Shown: positions 46,996 to 60,859, counted from the first letter of the stretch. The stretch is 64,000 nt of DNA from the human T2T-CHM13v2.0 reference genome, Homo sapiens (GCF_009914755.1 NC_060943.1); one strand, 5' to 3'. The notes: a model not told the origin generated them from the sequence alone. Translations and numbers: made by a program.

Positions 46996-48339
46996 TCATG
47001 CAGCTTTACATCATTTTGATCATGTTGGGGACTTGTGCTGAATCAAACTGAGTGCTGTATCTACACTTCCCCTGATTTTGCTACTATGGAAAGCTTAATT
47101 TAAAAGGTGGCTATTTCTTTAGATACTTTTATCAAATACATGAAGAAAATTTCAATACATGAAGAAAAAAAATTTTTTTTAACTCTGGTAAAATATACAT
47201 AGCATGAAGTTAATCATTTTAACTATGTTAAGTGTATAGTTCAGTGGCATTAAGTACATTCACGATGTTGTGCCACCATCACCACTATCGATGTCCAAAA
47301 CTTTTCATGAATGGCAAGCTTAGCTTTTCCAGGGTTTTTGAATCTTTATGTTTTTTTCTGGTGGGTCTCCAGGTTACTATGACTTACAGTACCAGGCTAA
47401 TGACATAAACTGATACCTCTTTATTATTATTTTTTTCCAGATGTGAAATTATAAATGCAGGGACTTAGAGCTCATACAACTTTAAAAAGGTTGGGAAAGT
47501 GAAGTTATCACCACTTGGTTATATCTCCTAAGGAAACTAATTTGAGGTCTCCCCTTCTCAATTTTTCCTTCTTTATAGGTACTATTAATGCCCTAGCCCA
47601 GCAACCTGACTTATTATTGAATATATTCGGGGTGTGATGGTGAATACTTAATCACCATCACACCCCAAAGATTATGACCAATTGGACTCAAATACTATTG
47701 AGCTGCTTATATGCCTGGACTTTGACTTGTTTGGTTTTGACTGGTTTTGTTCATAGGGCCTCCTGTGAAGGAGTACACTTTGGTCTCTTGGTATTATTTT
47801 CTGGTAGTCATCGTAATAGTCCCCCTGGTGCACTGTATCCTGTCAAATCTTAAATGTGTGTATGCAGACATCCATTGTGCACTGAATGGTCTCCCTTTGG
47901 CTAGATCAGCAAGAATACAATTATTTAACTGATCTGACATCATGACTTGTGAATTCCGTGCTGAGGCCAAGTAAGTCTAATACAATGGTGACAGACAGTG
48001 TCAATGCCCAGGGTTTTGGTCACTATGTCAAAATCCAATGGCTGACCCAAAGTGGGGAATTGGCAAATTGAACTAAATTTGGCCTGAGGCTGTCTCCATA
48101 TCTTGAGTCCTCGTGGAGCTGGTTTGGAGTTTCGTTTTGGAATTTGGTAGCGGAAGGTCAAGGTCGTTTGCCAGATGGCTATAACTTCTCTTTATGCTCA
48201 AAGATCTTGACAGTATGTAAATTGGGTGATCTATTTCTAGTTTTGGTTGATCTTCTGTTAGGTTTGACCAACTCTTGGCCCCTCTTATGTCGACTAAAAC
48301 TCCTGCAGCTGCAGAAAGTCAAGTTCCAGCACTAGAAAC

Positions 48340-48790
48340 AAGGACCAGTTAAGAGAAATCATTTTACCCCAAAAATATATTTCTTTGACATATTTTGAAG
48401 GGACCCTGCTAGATCTTTCCTAGTCTAGATCTAGGAAAGATTAGCTAAAGGTCTTCATTCTGAAGGCTCCCATATGTACACATTAAATAAATTTGAATGC
48501 CATTTCTTCTAAAAATCAATCTTCCTCATGTCAGTGATTTACAGTAAACCTTTCAGGGGCTAAGAGCCTTGTCCCCACAGTTTTGGTGCAGCAAGCAGGG
48601 TCTCCAATGCCACTCTGCTGTTTTGGAAGCTGCAGTGAAGGGAACCCAGGAAGCTGACAAGCTGGCAAAAAGGGTAAAAACTTCTTACCCGACAGGCTTC
48701 CAGCCTCTCTTTCTGTGCAATTTAGTTGAGCAGACGATAAAAGATCAGTTCTGTCTCAAAGGATTTTGTTTTTCTTTTCTATAAAGGCAA
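48340..48790 (+). mobile_element. MER4-group LTR 3' half, tRNA-Ser PBS (48584-48601) and leader
   Basis: The LTR end ...gtccccaca is followed by TGGTGCAGCAAGCAGGGT, vs the tRNA-Ser complement TGGCGCAGCGAGCAGGGT (two CpG-type changes). Confidence 0.72.
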
Positions 48791-48969
48791 AGGGCTAGTG
48801 GGAGATCCTCAGTGTCCTCAGTATCACTGGGGACTCCTGCAATGCTACCCACAGGAGAGCCCCTCCACCCTTGTGGGCCCTAAAACTAACATAGGGAGCT
48901 GCTGAAAGATTGTACCATGGCACATATGTGAGGTTTTCTTCAAAACAGATTGTGTTGCAGGAACTGAAA

Positions 48970-50297
48970 CACCACCAAAAACAATCCCATTAAATGTGGG
49001 CAAAGGGGCCGGGCCTGGTGGCTCACACCTGTAAGCCCAGCACTTTGGGAGGCCAAGGCAGGTGACTCACGAGGTCAGGAGTTCAAGACTAGCCTGGCCA
49101 ACATGGTGAAACCCTGTCTCTACTAAAAATACAAAAAAATTAGCCGGGCATGGTGGCGGGTCCTTGTAATCCCAGCTACTTGAGAGGCTGAGGCAGGGAA
49201 TTGCTTGAACCCAGGAGGTGGAGGTTGCAGTGAGTCGAGATCGTGCCACTGCACTCCAGCCTGGGCGACAGAGCAAGACTCCGTCTCAAAAAAAAAAAAA
49301 AAAAAAAAAAAAAAGTGGGCAAAGGACATGAACCAACATCTCTCTAAAGATGACATACAAATGACCAACACGTATATGAAAAAATGCTCAGAATCACAAA
49401 TTATCAGAGAAATACAAATAAAAAACAATGCAATATCACTTCACCCAAGTTAGAATGGCTGTTATTAAAAGGACAAAAACCAACAGACGCTAGTGAGGAT
49501 ATGGAGAAAAATGAACTCTTAGATACTATTGGTGGGAATGTAAATTAGCACAGTCACTATGGAAAACAGTATGGACATTTCTCAGAAAACTAAAACTAAA
49601 ACTATCATACAATCCAGCAATCCCAGTACCGGTTATCTATCCGAAAAGGAGGAAGTCAGTCTATCAAAGGGATTCCTGCACTTGTATGTTTATCACAGCA
49701 CTGTTCACAATAGCCAAGATACTCATTCAACCTAAGTGTCCATCAGTGGGTGAATGGATAAAGAAAATGTGGTACATATACACAATGGAATACTATCCCT
49801 ATATTATTACTATAAAAAAGAGTGAAATCATGTCTTTTGCAGCAACATGAATGGAACTGGAGAAAATTATGTTATTTGAAATAACCCAGGCATAGAAAGA
49901 CAAATACCACATGCACTCAATCATGTGTGGGAGCTAGAAAAGTTGACCTCATAAAGGTAGAGAGTAGAAGGATAGACACTACAGGCTGGGAAGGGTGTGG
50001 GTGGGGGGAGATGAAGAGAGGGAGGTTAACGCATGAAAGCCTACAGTTAGATAAAAGGCATAAGTTCCATCATTCGATAGCAGAATAGAGTGACCATAAC
50101 TAACAACCAAACATTGTGTATTTCAAAGTAGCTGGAAGGGAGGACTTGAATTGTTCCCAATGCATAGAAATGATAAATACTCCAAGCGATGGACCCTTCA
50201 AATACCCTGACCTTATCATTACACATTCTATGCCTGTAACAAAATACCTCATGTACTCCATAAACATGGAAAATATTATGTATCAATTAAAAAAAAC
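48970..50297 (+). mobile_element. L1MA-type 3' portion interrupted by an Alu
   Basis: ORF2 C-terminal relic ([17 protein letters not shown]...) and an L1MA 3'UTR ending in an A tail. Confidence 0.85.
49007..49314 (+). mobile_element. AluS element
   Basis: Dimeric Alu with a long A tail and TSD ~GTGGGCAAAGG. Confidence 0.95.
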
Positions 50298-50690
50298 TAT
50301 TCCTAGAATGATGGTAAAAGGAGAACATTAGACAATTTCTGTTCAATGAGGATAGTCCAAATTTGAGTAAAAGTTTCAAAAAAATATTAATTTAAGGAGA
50401 AAAATTGGTAGAACACCTGATGAAGATAAAGATGGACAATGTGAGGTCTAAATATCCACAAGAAGTCAGGAAGTTAAGCAGAAAAAAAAAAGAAGACAAT
50501 TACTTTCTACAGAAAAAGAAAAAAGGCTGTACAAGAAGGTAGGAAAGGTAATTACAGTGTACTATATATCCCATCTGTGAATAACATTTATACCTTTATG
50601 AGTATATCAACAACAGAAGATTTGTGATTTGTGATTTATGATTTGTGATTATATCAACAACCAAAGTTTTGCAGAACTCTATTGGGATGA

Positions 50691-50957
<267 letters not shown>

Positions 50958-51439
50958 TAAAATATACATAGCATGAAGTTAAATCATTTTAACTTTAAGT
51001 GTAAAGTTCAGTGGCATTAAGTAAATTCTCAATGTTGTGCCACCATCACCACTATCGATGTCCAAAACTTTTTCATCATTTCAAACAAAAATTCTGTACC
51101 CATCAAGAAATAACTCCCCAGGCTCTGCCCTGCCCCCTTGTAACCTCTCTTCTACTTTTGTTTTATAGAGTTAGTTGCTTATTCTGGGTAACTCATATAA
51201 GTGAAACCATACCACATTTGTCCTTTTGCGTCTGGCTTATTTCACTTCGTTTTATTTCTTAAGTGTCAGCCATGTCACACATATAGAAAAAGTTCATCTT
51301 TTTCGCCAAATTATATTAATATATCACATGTATTCATTTATGTGCTGACGGACACTTAGGACATTTCCATGGACTCACATAATTTGATGCAAGTAGAAAC
51401 ATTTATAATTAACACAATATTTTATGAAAGGCTCATATG

Positions 51440-51637
51440 TAATAAGTACTATTAACTGAGTGCCCACTTTGCAGAACCTATGTGAGGGGCTTTATATAAA
51501 CTGAAGCACAACGAGCTTGGGAGGTGGGAATTGCTGTCAGTTTCACAGATGAGCAAGCTGAGTTTCTGTGTCTTCAGAGCTGAAAGTGCCTCACCCAAGT
51601 GTGCAGTCCAGAGCCTGTGCTCCTTCCACTGCACGCC
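51440..51637 (-). mobile_element. MIR relic
   Basis: Core motif gtcagtttcacagatgagcaagctgag and terminal cagagcctgtgctccttccactgcac. Confidence 0.65.
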
Positions 51638-52074
51638 CAGGTGTCGCTCATGAACACAGACACAGGGAGAAACACACACACGAACCCAGATGTCTACCCA
51701 GAAATATCTTCGTGAAGGGACAATAAACGCACAGGCAAACATTCAGACAAACTCACTTAGCAAATGTTTGTTGAGCCTGGACTCGGTGGCAGATTCTGAT
51801 CTAGGGGATGCCAGGTGCAGATACATTTGCCAAGACACAGGGTCATGCCCCAGGGGCTCCTGGGCACACATGCACACACAGACCTGCGCGCTCACACCAC
51901 AGTGCTCAGCCCGTTCCCAATCCCAGGACACTCCAGGGAGGACAGAGACTGTCACGCCAACACCCAACCCCTCCCACTGCAGGCTGAGCTGAGTTCCTGA
52001 TATGCTGCCAGCCCAACAGCATAGCCAAGGGCCCTGGGTCTCTCTGCAGACCTGCCCTGACCCCACTTATGTGC

Positions 52075-52127
52075 ATACACAGACACACAGACACACACAG
52101 ACACACACACACACACACACACACACA
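52075..52127. repeat. Interrupted (CA)n microsatellite, equivalent to the SCGB2B2 promoter repeat
   Basis: acacagacacacagacacacacagacac(ac)n upstream of the TATA-like box. Confidence 0.9.
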
Positions 52128-52216
52128 CGAAGGTGTGTGTCAGTTGTCCAGATACACATAAAGCTCATCCATGGCCAAGTCCCTGCCTCTGCCTGCTGGG
52201 ACCAGACTCCACTGTC

Positions 52217-53236
52217 ATGAGGATGACACCCACCGCCTGTGCTCTTCTGCTGGCTCTAATCTGCAGTGTCCAGCTGGGTGAGAAAGAAGCGGGCAGGGCT
52301 GAGAGGAAACAGGTGGCCCTGCTCCTTCACCGTCATTGCCATCCCAGGGTCTCAGCTGTCACTATTGCAGACATTTGCCAGGGGAGGTTTCAGTGAATTC
52401 TGACCTCTGCTGCTTTCTTATCTTGCCTCATCCACCACAGGGGATGCCTGCCTGGATTTCTATAAGTTGTTTGGGAGAGTTGCTTTTGCATACCCAGAGG
52501 ACCTGAAGCGGGAGCTTGCTCAATACAACCCCAGCCCCCTGACAGAGGAGTCCTTCCTCAAGTTCTAGCAATGCTTTGCCTCTGTTTCATTCCCAGAAAG
52601 CCTTGCTGTTGTTGGAATATGGTAAGTGTGCCCTGGGGAACCTGCACATGCCGCACAGCCACAAGTCCCAGGCCTTATGCCCTGCACTTACCTTCCCTTC
52701 CTGCTTGCCATATCCTGAGCAGGAAGCCACATCCCAGGATGCTCATGATCAGATGAAGGTGCCCACAGGCCTCAACAGGGCCTCCTGCCTCACCTTTTTC
52801 AGCCCTGAACCCAGACACTGCAACCCTGCAAGGGGAGAACCTCTGCCCCTGGTGCCCGGGAGAGGCCCAGGGACACAGGGAACCACAATCACTACATCAA
52901 TGCACTGATGATGAGCACACAGCAACACACACTCACACAGGATGCTGTTAACAGCAACACACACACTCCATGCCTGCACAGGCACATGCATACACGTGTG
53001 TTACACCAACACATGCAGAGTCACACTCAAGCAGGAGTCACAACCCACACTCACTGTGTTTGTCCAGAGCCTGGGATCCCCAAGAAATGGACAGACCTTA
53101 AGGAGCTCCTCTGACCTCTGGGACTGGGTGTTAATGATGGGTCTGGGGATGCTTTCACAGAGGCTCCCAGGTCCCCACTTTATTTCTTTCCCAACAGTCT
53201 AGGATCGTTGTCAGCGATGACTGCAAAGATGTGTAG
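52217..53236 (+). pseudogene. SCGB2B3P: Secretoglobin 2B pseudogene, inverted paralog of SCGB2B2; exons 52217-52277, 52441-52621, 53198-53236
   Basis: MRMTPTACALLLALICSVQLG-DACLDFYKLFGRVAFAYPEDLKRELAQYNPSPLTEESFLKF*QCFASVSFPESLAVVGI-SRIVVSDDCKDV*. Nonsense TAG at 52566-52568; exon 2 is 181 nt vs 185, so it is frameshifted; splice sites are intact. The symbol is assigned from recalled locus knowledge. Confidence 0.9.
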
Positions 53237-54669
53237 ATACTTCCTTCTGATCTGAGGACCCCTGCAACCCACCTGGCCCTCCCTTCCTCAGGGCTCCCCA
53301 CACTCCTGGCCTGACTCTATCCATCAACAAACAATCCCCAGTAAACACCTGCAGCTCAGCTCTGTATTCTGGCGTCTCTGTGGGGTTGGCTGTGACCACA
53401 TATGCAGTGTGTGACCAGGGTCTGCCTGCGAAATTACGTGACTGAGGAAGAACTCAACAGGAATGTGTACACATGTGTGTTTTCTGAGCCCAGGAAATCA
53501 ACCCTAACACAATCCTCCATCTCCTCCTACCCAAGTCCTCCTTCTCTCTACCCCCAGCACAACCCCACCCCGCCTTGACCCAACCCCCCAGGACTCCAGA
53601 TGCTGGAGGCTGGGAAACCTTGCCCTCCTGGCTGAGTCACAGGCCTCAGCGTCCCCATAAATACCTGCAGCTCAGCTCTGCTCCTCGGGCTGTTGGGACC
53701 AGGCAATCTGCATGAAGCCATGGGGGTCTCTGTGGCCATGTGACCATGACAGGGGACACTGAGGTCACAGGGAACGAGCACCACTCTCAGGCATGGTGCC
53801 TCTGTCCCACCTCACCCTTCAGTTGATTTCGTCCTCGCTGGAGGTCTCAGTGGCCTTCAATGCATTGACAAGGCTCCACCAACTCCCTCTGGGGAAGGTC
53901 CCTCCCCAAACCTCAGGCCCTTTCTGCAGGCTCCTTGGATCTCCTGGGCAATGGCCACCTGTGCCCATCAGCCCACACTGCCCTAAACTCCTCTGTCTCC
54001 CTCCCAGACTCTCACTGCCCCAAATATCCTTTCTCCTCTCCACTCATTCTTTTTGTTACCTCTCAGCTGTCATTTCCTCCCGGGTCAGACATTTCTGGCC
54101 CCCATCTCAGGCCACGTCTTCTCGCCTTTGTCCCCAGAATTGCCTTCACTTAACACACTGTCTGCCCCAGTCATCACCCATGCACTCAGCCAGGGAAGGA
54201 GTGTCTCCTGCCACAGGTCAGGCCTTTTCCCAGAGCCGGACACCCCATGAAGAACAAGGCAGATGAGGGCGCTGCTTCCCTGAAGTTCACATCCAAGGTG
54301 AAGAGGGGGTTGTAAAGCTGAAGAAAATTGTAATAGTGATGAGAACCACAAGGACCACCCAACAGGGAAATGTGATCGGGTGGGACTGGCTTGGGGTGCC
54401 ACATTGGGTCAGGTGGTCCCAGAAGGCACATGAGGAGACATCTCCCGAGTCCTGAATAACCTGAGGCAGCCACCAGGTGAAGGTCTGGGGCAGAGAATGC
54501 AGCATGATGAGAAAGGGTTTAGTGTGTCGGAGAAATGGCCAGTGTACCTGGAACAAGGGGCAGTGGGGAAGGGGGTCACGTTGGGCTGGAGCAGCTGGGT
54601 GGATGCGATGCCACTCCTGAGAGGTGAAGCCTGGGGAGAAGCAGGTTTAGGGCAAAGATCCGGAATCCC

Positions 54670-54845
54670 ACACTGGCCTGGATAAGTTTCCAATCAAGAT
54701 ATCCATTAGCCATCCAGGAGGATGAGACACAGAAACTGTGAGACACGCTAGTTTGGAGCTCATGGGAGACTCAGGCCTGGAGACAAAAATATATGCTTTC
54801 AACATGTAGGTGGAATTTAAATCCATGGAGATAAAGACAAGAATA
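54670..54845 (-). mobile_element. L2 relic
   Basis: tggagctcatgggagactcaggcctggaga...aacatgtaggtggaatttaaatccatgg resembles L2 antisense. Confidence 0.5.
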
Positions 54846-55199
54846 AATCTCATGTTATTTAATTCAGACACACATAACATTCAGCTTTTAACGATCAAAG
54901 GCCACGAGTTTCAACTATAAGTTAATGAAAACAGTTAAAAATGTCCTGAGAAATTTTGGACAAAGAAGCTGTTGATGTAAGTTCTCTGAGGATGCAAAAG
55001 CATTTCACATGTGTTTGAAAGAATAAGGAAAATGTTAGAGAATATTTGTCTGGTTACCATGAGTCTACCCATAATCTGTAAGTTGTCATGAAATTGAATA
55101 ATTTCTTAAAATTACAATGTCCTTTAATCAAAACATATTTATTGCCAAGCTATGCTTTTTAAATTAATTTTGTTCATATTTATCTAGATGGCAAATCCA

Positions 55200-56120
<921 letters not shown>

Positions 56121-56121
56121 C

Positions 56122-56340
56122 GGCCAGGTGTGGTTGCTTATGCTTGTAATCCCAGCACTTTGGGAGGCAGAGATGGGTGAATCATTTGAGGTCAGGAGTT
56201 CGAGACCAGCCTGACCAACATGGTGAAACCCCGTCTCCACTAAAAATACCAAAAAAATTTTAGCTGGGTGTGGTGGCAGGTGCTTGTAACCTCCGCTACT
56301 CGGGAGGCTGAAGCAGGAGAATCACTTGAACCTAGGAGCT
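56122..56340 (+). mobile_element. 3'-truncated AluS
   Basis: Alu sequence stops after cttgaacctaggag; no tail. Confidence 0.9.
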
Positions 56341-57004
56341 GAACAGGCAGACCCAGCCTGATGCCCTTGGGACCTGATCCCACTGCCCTCTTCCTGTGCA
56401 CCCCAGCTTTCCACTCTGTTGTGCCCCAATCTGTCAAGTTTCTTTTTGTCTCTGATCTCTGCTAGGGTGATTCCAATGCCTGACCATCTGTTCTTCTTCT
56501 TCAAGTCAAGGGTGAACCCTCAGCCCCACCATTTCCTCTTCCTCCACTCCTAAGTCATCCCCTAAGTGTCCTGAGGGCAATAACCGGGGCGTAAATGCCC
56601 TATGTGTCTCCAGCATGGGCTCTGCATGACTTCACTAGACACTGAGTCACACTGGTTGAGGTCAGAGGACAGAAAATCTAGCGAGAGAGGGACTGGAGCA
56701 AGAGGTGGAGCGTCTGACCCTTGTGGGGTGGTTCAGCTGCTGGGGCTGAGCATACCGGAGACCTGGAAACTCACCAGGCCTGACATTTACCTTTCTGCTT
56801 TAATCCCAAGAAACCTATGGAGATTGGGGATCTTCCAGCCGAGCCAACGGCAAAGATGAGGATTTCCTGGTGCCCCTTGGCCAAACCTCCTGCTCACCTG
56901 GCTGAGCCTGACTCATACCAGTATGTGGACCTGTGGTGTGGGTGGCAGCCACATCACTGCGGAATTGGGCTTCATCCAGGGTTGATTTTCCATGGTTAGA
57001 TTTT

Positions 57005-60000
57005 TCCTCATAACAGTAGAGGCTGTTATGAACAATATGACAACAAATTAGAACACCTAGCAAAAATGTATAAATTCCTGGAAAAATATAACCTACCGGG
57101 ATTGAGCCGAAAAGAAATCAAACTCCTGAACAGACCAATTACAAGTCAGAAATTAAATCTGTAATAAAATATCTCCTATCACAGAAAAGTCTAGATTCCA
57201 ATGGCTTCATTGCAGAACTCAACCAAACGTTTAGGAAGAAATAACAGCAATTCTTCCTAAACTCTTCCTGAAAATTGAAGAGTACGGAATTCTTCCAAAT
57301 TCATTTTACAAGACCAACATTATCCTGATACCAAAACCAGAGAAGCACACACAACAACAGAAAACTATAGGCCAATATCCATGATAAACACAGATGCAAA
57401 CATTCTCCACAAAATACTAGCCAACCAAATTCAGCAGTACATTAAAGTAATCATTCCCCATGACCAAGTGGGATTCAACCCAGGGATGCAAGAATGTTTC
57501 CAGATACACAAATCAATAAAAGCAACACACTACACCAACAGAATGAGTACAAGAAGCATATGATCATCTCATTAGGTGTGGAAAAAGCATGATAAAATTC
57601 AATAGTCCTTAATGGTAAAAACTCTTAACAAACTGTGTATAGAAGGAATGTAGCCCAACACAGTAAATCAATGTATGGCAAACCCACAGCCAACATCATA
57701 GTGAATAGGGAGAAGTACAAAGCTCTTCCTCTGAGATCTGGAACAAGGCAAGAATGTCCACTTTCACCACTTTTATTCAATATAGTACTGGAAGTCCTAG
57801 CCAGAGTGATTAGGCAAGAAGAAATAAAGGGCATCCAGACTGGAAAGAAGGATGTCAAATTGTCTCTGCTTGCAGAGGACACGATCTTATGTACAGAAAA
57901 CCCCTAAAGCACCACCAAAAATCTCTTAGAAAGAAAACCCCTAAAGCACCACCAAAAAAACTCTTAGAACTGATCAACGAATTCATTAAAGATGAAGGAT
58001 ACAAAATCAACGTATTAAAAGCAGTACCATTCCTGGACATCAACAACAAATTAGAAAAGAAATCGAGAAAGCAATCTTATATGAAATAGCTATTAAAAAA
58101 AGAAATGCTTCAGAATAAATTTAACAAAGAAGGTAGAAGACCTCTACCAAAACAACTATAAAATACTGAGGAAATCAATTGAAGAAGACACCAAAAAATG
58201 AAAACATATCCCATGTTCATAATTAGAAGGATCACTATTGTGAAAATGACCATGTTACCAAAAGTGATCTGCAGATTCAATGAAATTCCTATCAAAATAT
58301 CAATGATATCTTCACAGAAATAGAAAAAATAATCCTAAAATTTATATGAAACTACAAAAGACTCTGAGTGGCCAAAGCAATCCTGAGCAAACAAAACAAA
58401 GCTGAAAGCATGGCATAACTTGACTTCAAAATAGACTACAAAGCTATAGTAAACAAAACAGCATGGTACTTGCATAAAAACAGACACATAGACCAGTGAA
58501 ACTAAATAGATAACTCAGAAACACATCCAGCTGTTTACAACCAAGTGATTTTCAACAAAGGCACCAAGAACATTTACTGGTGAATGGACAGTCTCTTCAG
58601 TCAATGGTGCCTGAAAAACTGGATATCCGTATGCCAAAAAAAATGAAACTAGACCCCTATCTCTCATTATATTGATAAAATCAACTCGAAATAGTTTACA
58701 GACTTAAAAGCTGAAACTATGAAACTGCTTGAAGAAAACATAGGGGAAATACTACAATACTGATCTGGGCAAAGAGTGTATAGTGAAGAACCCAAAAGCA
58801 CAGGCAACAAAAGCAAAAATAGGATAACTGGATTATATTAAACTAAAAAGCTATTGCACAGCAAATGAAACAATCAACAGAGAGAAGAGACAACTTGCAG
58901 AGAAGAGACAACTTGCAGAATGGCCAAAAAAACTGTAAACTATTCATTCAACAAGGGATTAAGATCCAGAATACACAAGAAACTCAAACAATTCAATGTC
59001 AAGAAGAAAAACTACAAGTAATCTGATGTAAAAATGGATAAATTAGCTGAATAAACATCTCTCATAAGATGACACATACATATGGCCAACAGGTATTTTT
59101 AGATGAGATCTGGCACGTTCAGGGTGGTATGGCCATAGACACCAACAGGTATTTTTAAAATGCTCAACATCACTCATCATCAGGAAAATGCCAATCAAAA
59201 CCACATTCAGATATCACCTCACCCCAGTTAGAATGGCTACTATGAAAAAGACAAAAGATACCAAACGCTGGTGAGGAAGCAAAGAAGAGGGAACTCTGGT
59301 GTGCTGTTGGTGGGAATGTAAATTAGAACAGTTATTATGAAAAACAGTATGAGGGTTCCTCAAAAACTAAAAATAGATTTACCATATGATCAAGAATCCC
59401 ATTACTGGGTACACATCCAGGCAAAAGGAAATCAGTATATCAAAGAGATATCTGCACTCTCATGTTTATTGCAGCACTGTTCACAATGGACAAAACATGG
59501 AATCGACTTAAGTGTCCATGAACACGTGAACAGATGAAAAAAAATGTGGTATACATACACAATGAAATAGGATTTAGCTATGAAAAAGAATAAAATGCTG
59601 TCATTTGCAGCAACATGGATGAGCTTGGAGTCATTGTTTTAAGCAAAAGAAGCCAGGTACAGAAGGATGAATCCTATGTGTTCTCACTCACATGTGGAAG
59701 TAAAAAAGCTGCTCTCATAGAAGAAGAGTGTAGAATAATGGTTACTTGAGGCAGGAAGTAGTTGGGGGAGGTGGGACTATAGCCAAAAGTTGATGGATGG
59801 ATACAAAAGTGCAGCTAGATAGGAAGACTAACTTCTAGTGTTCTATAGGATTGTAGGGTGAGTGTAATATACAATTTATTGTATATTTTCAAATACCTAG
59901 AAGAGCAGATACTGCATGTTCCCAATACGAAGTAATGATCAATGTTTGAGGAGGTGTATATGCTAATCACCCTGCTTTGGTCATTACACATTGTATGCAT

Positions 60001-60600
60001 GTATTGAAATACCACTGTAACCCATAAATATATACAATTATTACTGCATCCATTTAAAATAATAATAAAAGCAAAAGAAGAAAAGAAAAAAAGCTACAGT
60101 CTAATATCCACAATTAAATCTTCAATAACATAGTAGAAAACCAAGTTCAACACACATTAACAGAATTATACAATATGACCAAGTAGACTTTATCCCTGAA
60201 ATAAAAGAATAGTTCAACACATGCCAATGAATCAATATGACATTCCACATTAACAAAATAAAGAATAAAAACCACAGGATCACCTTAAAAGATGCAGAGA
60301 AAGCACTTGATAATATTCAATATCCATTCATACTGAAACCATCACCAAAATAGATACTGAAGGAACTTACCTCAACACAAATATGGTAATATATAAAAAC
60401 CCACTGCTAACATCATAATCAATAAAGAGAAATTGAAATCATTTCCTCTAAGATCAGGAACAAGATGAGGATGCCTACTCGTACCACTCGTATTTAACAT
60501 GGTACTGGAAGTCCCACCCAGAGCAACGAGGCAAGAAAAAAAAAGCCATCTAAATCAGAAAAAAAAGAAGTAAAACTTTATCTCTTAGAAGATCACATGA
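57005..60600 (+). mobile_element. L1MA-type ORF2 and 3'UTR (57005-60092), followed by an older L1 ORF2 piece (60100-60600)
   Basis: ORF2 relics ([19 protein letters not shown]..., [20 protein letters not shown]) and an A-rich tail at ~60060-60092. Confidence 0.88.
59101..59140 (-). pseudogene. Tailless 5S rRNA retropseudogene (5' 40 nt)
   Basis: The minus strand reads GTCTATGGCCATACCACCCTGAACGTGCCAGATCTCATCT, vs 5S GTCTACGGCCATACCACCCTGAACGCGCCCGATCTCGTCT (36/40). Flanked by TSD CCAACAGGTATTTTT. Confidence 0.93.
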
Positions 60601-60859
60601 TGTTGGTTGTGAGATGTGTTCATTATTTTGATTATTATGGTAGTTGTTCTGATTTTTACAAGTGTCAAAAGTTACAAATTATATACTTTAGACAAACATA
60701 CTTGTTATATGTAAAATATATTTCAATAAAGCTATTAAAACAAAAAAATTAATTTAATAAACATATACAAGATTTTAAAATAAAATTAGAATCAACTTAA
60801 TAGGTTAATGAAGAGAGAAACATCAAAAAGAAACATTTAGTTAATACTTTAAATGATAC

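Noticed and set aside
53600-53635. MLEAGKPCPPG resembling the Fel d 1 chain 1 alternative leader (possible SCGB1B remnant)
   Set aside because: It is very short, ends in a stop, has the wrong position and orientation for an ABP module, and no SCGB1B exon 2 follows.
53793-54693. Overlapping 60-157 aa ORFs downstream of the pseudogene
   Set aside because: No recognisable domain or consistent exon structure; expected by chance in GC-rich DNA.
57895-58918. Short tandem duplications inside L1 (57895-57970, 58881-58918; also 15348-15383)
   Set aside because: These are ordinary slippage events in neutral repeat DNA.
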